This document shows, piece after piece, positions 62,497 through 64,000 of a stretch of 64,000 bases of DNA. Made by a program: the position numbers and the translations under genes. Source of the DNA: an uncultured Gemmatimonadales bacterium (GTDB taxonomy: Bacteria; Gemmatimonadota; Gemmatimonadetes; Gemmatimonadales; GWC2-71-9); the NCBI GenBank assembly GCA_963798915.1, contig CAWCVB010000006.1, positions 32,001 through 96,000 of the forward strand. The letters are read 5' to 3'. Numbering within the stretch: the first letter of the stretch is position 1; the number at the start of each line of letters is the position of its first letter. The notes beneath the pieces were generated by a model that was not told the DNA's origin, searched no databases, and saw only the letters and a program-made list of their open reading frames with translations.

Positions 62497-63773
62497 GCGG
62501 CACGAGACAGCAGGGAGACGTCCGCAAAGCACTTGGACAGGAGCACCTCCGCCGAGTGTCCGGCGGCCAGTGACTCGAAGGACACGCTATCCATGAAGAG
62601 CCCATCATCGTTGACTGACTCACCCGGCAGCAGGATGACGTCGAGATCCTGGTGCTGCGCGATCGCGGTCCGGATCGCTTCACCTGGCAGCAGGCCCGCG
62701 CACGTCACGGACGTGCCGAAGAGCGAGTTCTCGACCACAATGAGCCTCAACGTGGAGCCGAGCGAGGCGGCAGCGAGGTCGCGGAGCACCGGTTCCATGA
62801 GGGCACCCATGGCGGTCCCGGTGACGATCCCCACCCGCAAGCCGCTCCACTCCTGAAACCGGTCCCGATTCTCGCGCACGGTTCGTTGCAGGAAGCGCAC
62901 GGCCCCGACCCCGTTCTCGACCTGTTCGAAGGTCCCGTAGGCTGCCTCGGGCGGAAGCTCCAGCCCGGCGCGATGGTAAAGTTCGTCCGCTCCGTAGGCC
63001 CAGGTCGTTCCCCGCTCACCCCGCGCCCGCTCGGCCCACCGCTCGAGCGTACCAATGGCAGCCCGGCATTCCTCCGCCGCAGGCTCCCGCACGAGGTGGT
63101 GCTTGCTGAATTCCGTGAGACCCACTGGAACAACCGAGCAGTTGAGCACCGCGTCACCGAGCTGGTAAAGATCGGACAGCGTCTGCTCCATGACCGCACC
63201 GTCATTGACCCCAGGTGACATGACGATCTGCGTATGGAAGGCAATGCCATGCGCGGCGAGCCGCTGCAGCAGCGGCAGTATGTCCGGCGCCAACGGATTC
63301 CGCAGCACCAGGCGCCGCAACAGTGAATCGGTGGCGTGGACCGACACGTACAGCGGCGAGAGCCGATACTCGATGATGCGATCGATGTCCCAGTCCTTGA
63401 GGTTCGTCATGGTGACGAAATGGCCATAGCGAAACGAGAGCCGGTAGTCGTCATCCCGGATGTACAGGCCCGGCCGCAGCCCCGGGGGCAGACCATCGAC
63501 GAAGCAGAAATCGCAGCGATTGGCACACCGACGTACGCGGGGCGGCTCAAGCGAAAGCCCGAAGGGCTGGTCCAGCGAACGCTCGATTTCGAAAGTCACC
63601 AGCGTCCCATCCGGCTGGCGCACCTCAAGCTCGAACGCCTCCTCGGCCGACAGGAATTCCCAGTCGAGGAAGTCGTGCAGCTCACGGCCGTCGATCGCCA
63701 GCAGCTCGGTCCCCGGCAGCAAGCCGAGTTCCGCGCCCAGGGAGTCCGGATGTATGTGGGTAACCTTCACCAT
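62493..63773 (-). CDS. PDZ/DUF512 putative radical-SAM protein
   Basis: N-terminal PDZ-like segment, CANRCDFC, DDDYRLSF, VPVGLT, QVENGVG. Confidence 0.85.
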   Translation of the reverse strand: MVKVTHIHPDSLGAELGLLPGTELLAIDGRELHDFLDWEFLSAEEAFELEVRQPDGTLVTFEIERSLDQPFGLSLEPPRVRRCANRCDFCFVDGLPPGLRPGLYIRDDDYRLSFRYGHFVTMTNLKDWDIDRIIEYRLSPLYVSVHATDSLLRRLVLRNPLAPDILPLLQRLAAHGIAFHTQIVMSPGVNDGAVMEQTLSDLYQLGDAVLNCSVVPVGLTEFSKHHLVREPAAEECRAAIGTLERWAERARGERGTTWAYGADELYHRAGLELPPEAAYGTFEQVENGVGAVRFLQRTVRENRDRFQEWSGLRVGIVTGTAMGALMEPVLRDLAAASLGSTLRLIVVENSLFGTSVTCAGLLPGEAIRTAIAQHQDLDVILLPGESVNDDGLFMDSVSFESLAAGHSAEVLLSKCFADVSLLSRAA

Positions 63774-63802
63774 CAGATGCAGTCCCGAATTCAAGACTTC
63801 AG

Positions 63803-63831
63803 AAAATACTTTAAGTGGGCGATAACTTCAA
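63803..63831 (-). promoter_or_regulatory. putative sigma70 promoter for the DUF512-der operon
   Basis: TTGAAG-N17-TATTTT on minus, in an AT-rich patch. Confidence 0.45.
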
Positions 63832-63883
63832 CTCGGGACGCCACTTCGTGGACTCAGTCGAGATCGGGCCTGAACTTCAGCAG

Positions 63884-63915
63884 AAACCGCCGCCGGAGGG
63901 AAATCCCGGCGGCGG
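63884..63915 (-). terminator. hairpin terminator after tRNA-Gly
   Basis: CCGCCGCCGG / CCGGCGGCGG 10-bp stem followed by TTT on minus. Confidence 0.6.
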
Positions 63916-63925
63916 CCTGAACGAG

Positions 63926-63998
63926 AGCGGGAGACGGGGCTCGAACCCGCGACAACCAGCTTGGGAAGCTGGAGCTCTACCAACTGAGCTACTCCCGC
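63926..63998 (-). tRNA. tRNA-Gly(CCC)
   Basis: GCGGGAG acceptor stem, CCAGC-TTCCCAA-GCTGG anticodon arm, GTTCGAG T loop; no encoded CCA. Confidence 0.95.
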
Positions 63999-64000
63999 GA

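Overview
High-GC core-genome window, probably from a Gemmatimonadota-like diderm (inferred from gene content and order, not tested). No transposases, prophage or CRISPR array were seen. Plus strand, 1-55248: nuoF-N, phosphomannomutase, UPF0182 protein, Tat-exported DsrE-like protein, arcC-sucCD-ndk, yceD-rpmF-plsX-fabH-fabD-fabG-acpP-fabF, mqnE-mqnA-mqnC, ispF, DedA-TerB fusion, xerD, a secreted peptidase/amidohydrolase cluster, and pyrG-lptC-lptA-lptB-rpoN followed by five glycosylation genes and dapF; an ABC exporter pair (30161-32601) is the only minus-strand interruption. Minus strand, 55893-64000: tRNA-Gly, DUF512-der-plsY-gpsA-merR-surE-pcm-dedA-acyP, tRNA-Arg and a TPR protein. The two gene runs converge on a ~640-bp noncoding gap containing a clear 28-bp XerC/D dif site (55537-55564), with KOPS-like octamers pointing at it, so this is probably the replication terminus. 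Two DnaA-box-like 9-mers sit 5 bp from the dif site. fabH and lptB each carry a single-base insertion that looks like a sequencing error; the fabH one creates a false FabH-FabD fusion. The best candidate for an undescribed system is the Lpt operon: it lacks the usual kds genes, has a lipobox on LptC, a 428-aa LptA and a 136-aa N-terminal extension on LptB, and is coupled to a polyprenyl-phosphate GT2/flippase/YfhO glycosylation module. That interpretation is a hypothesis.
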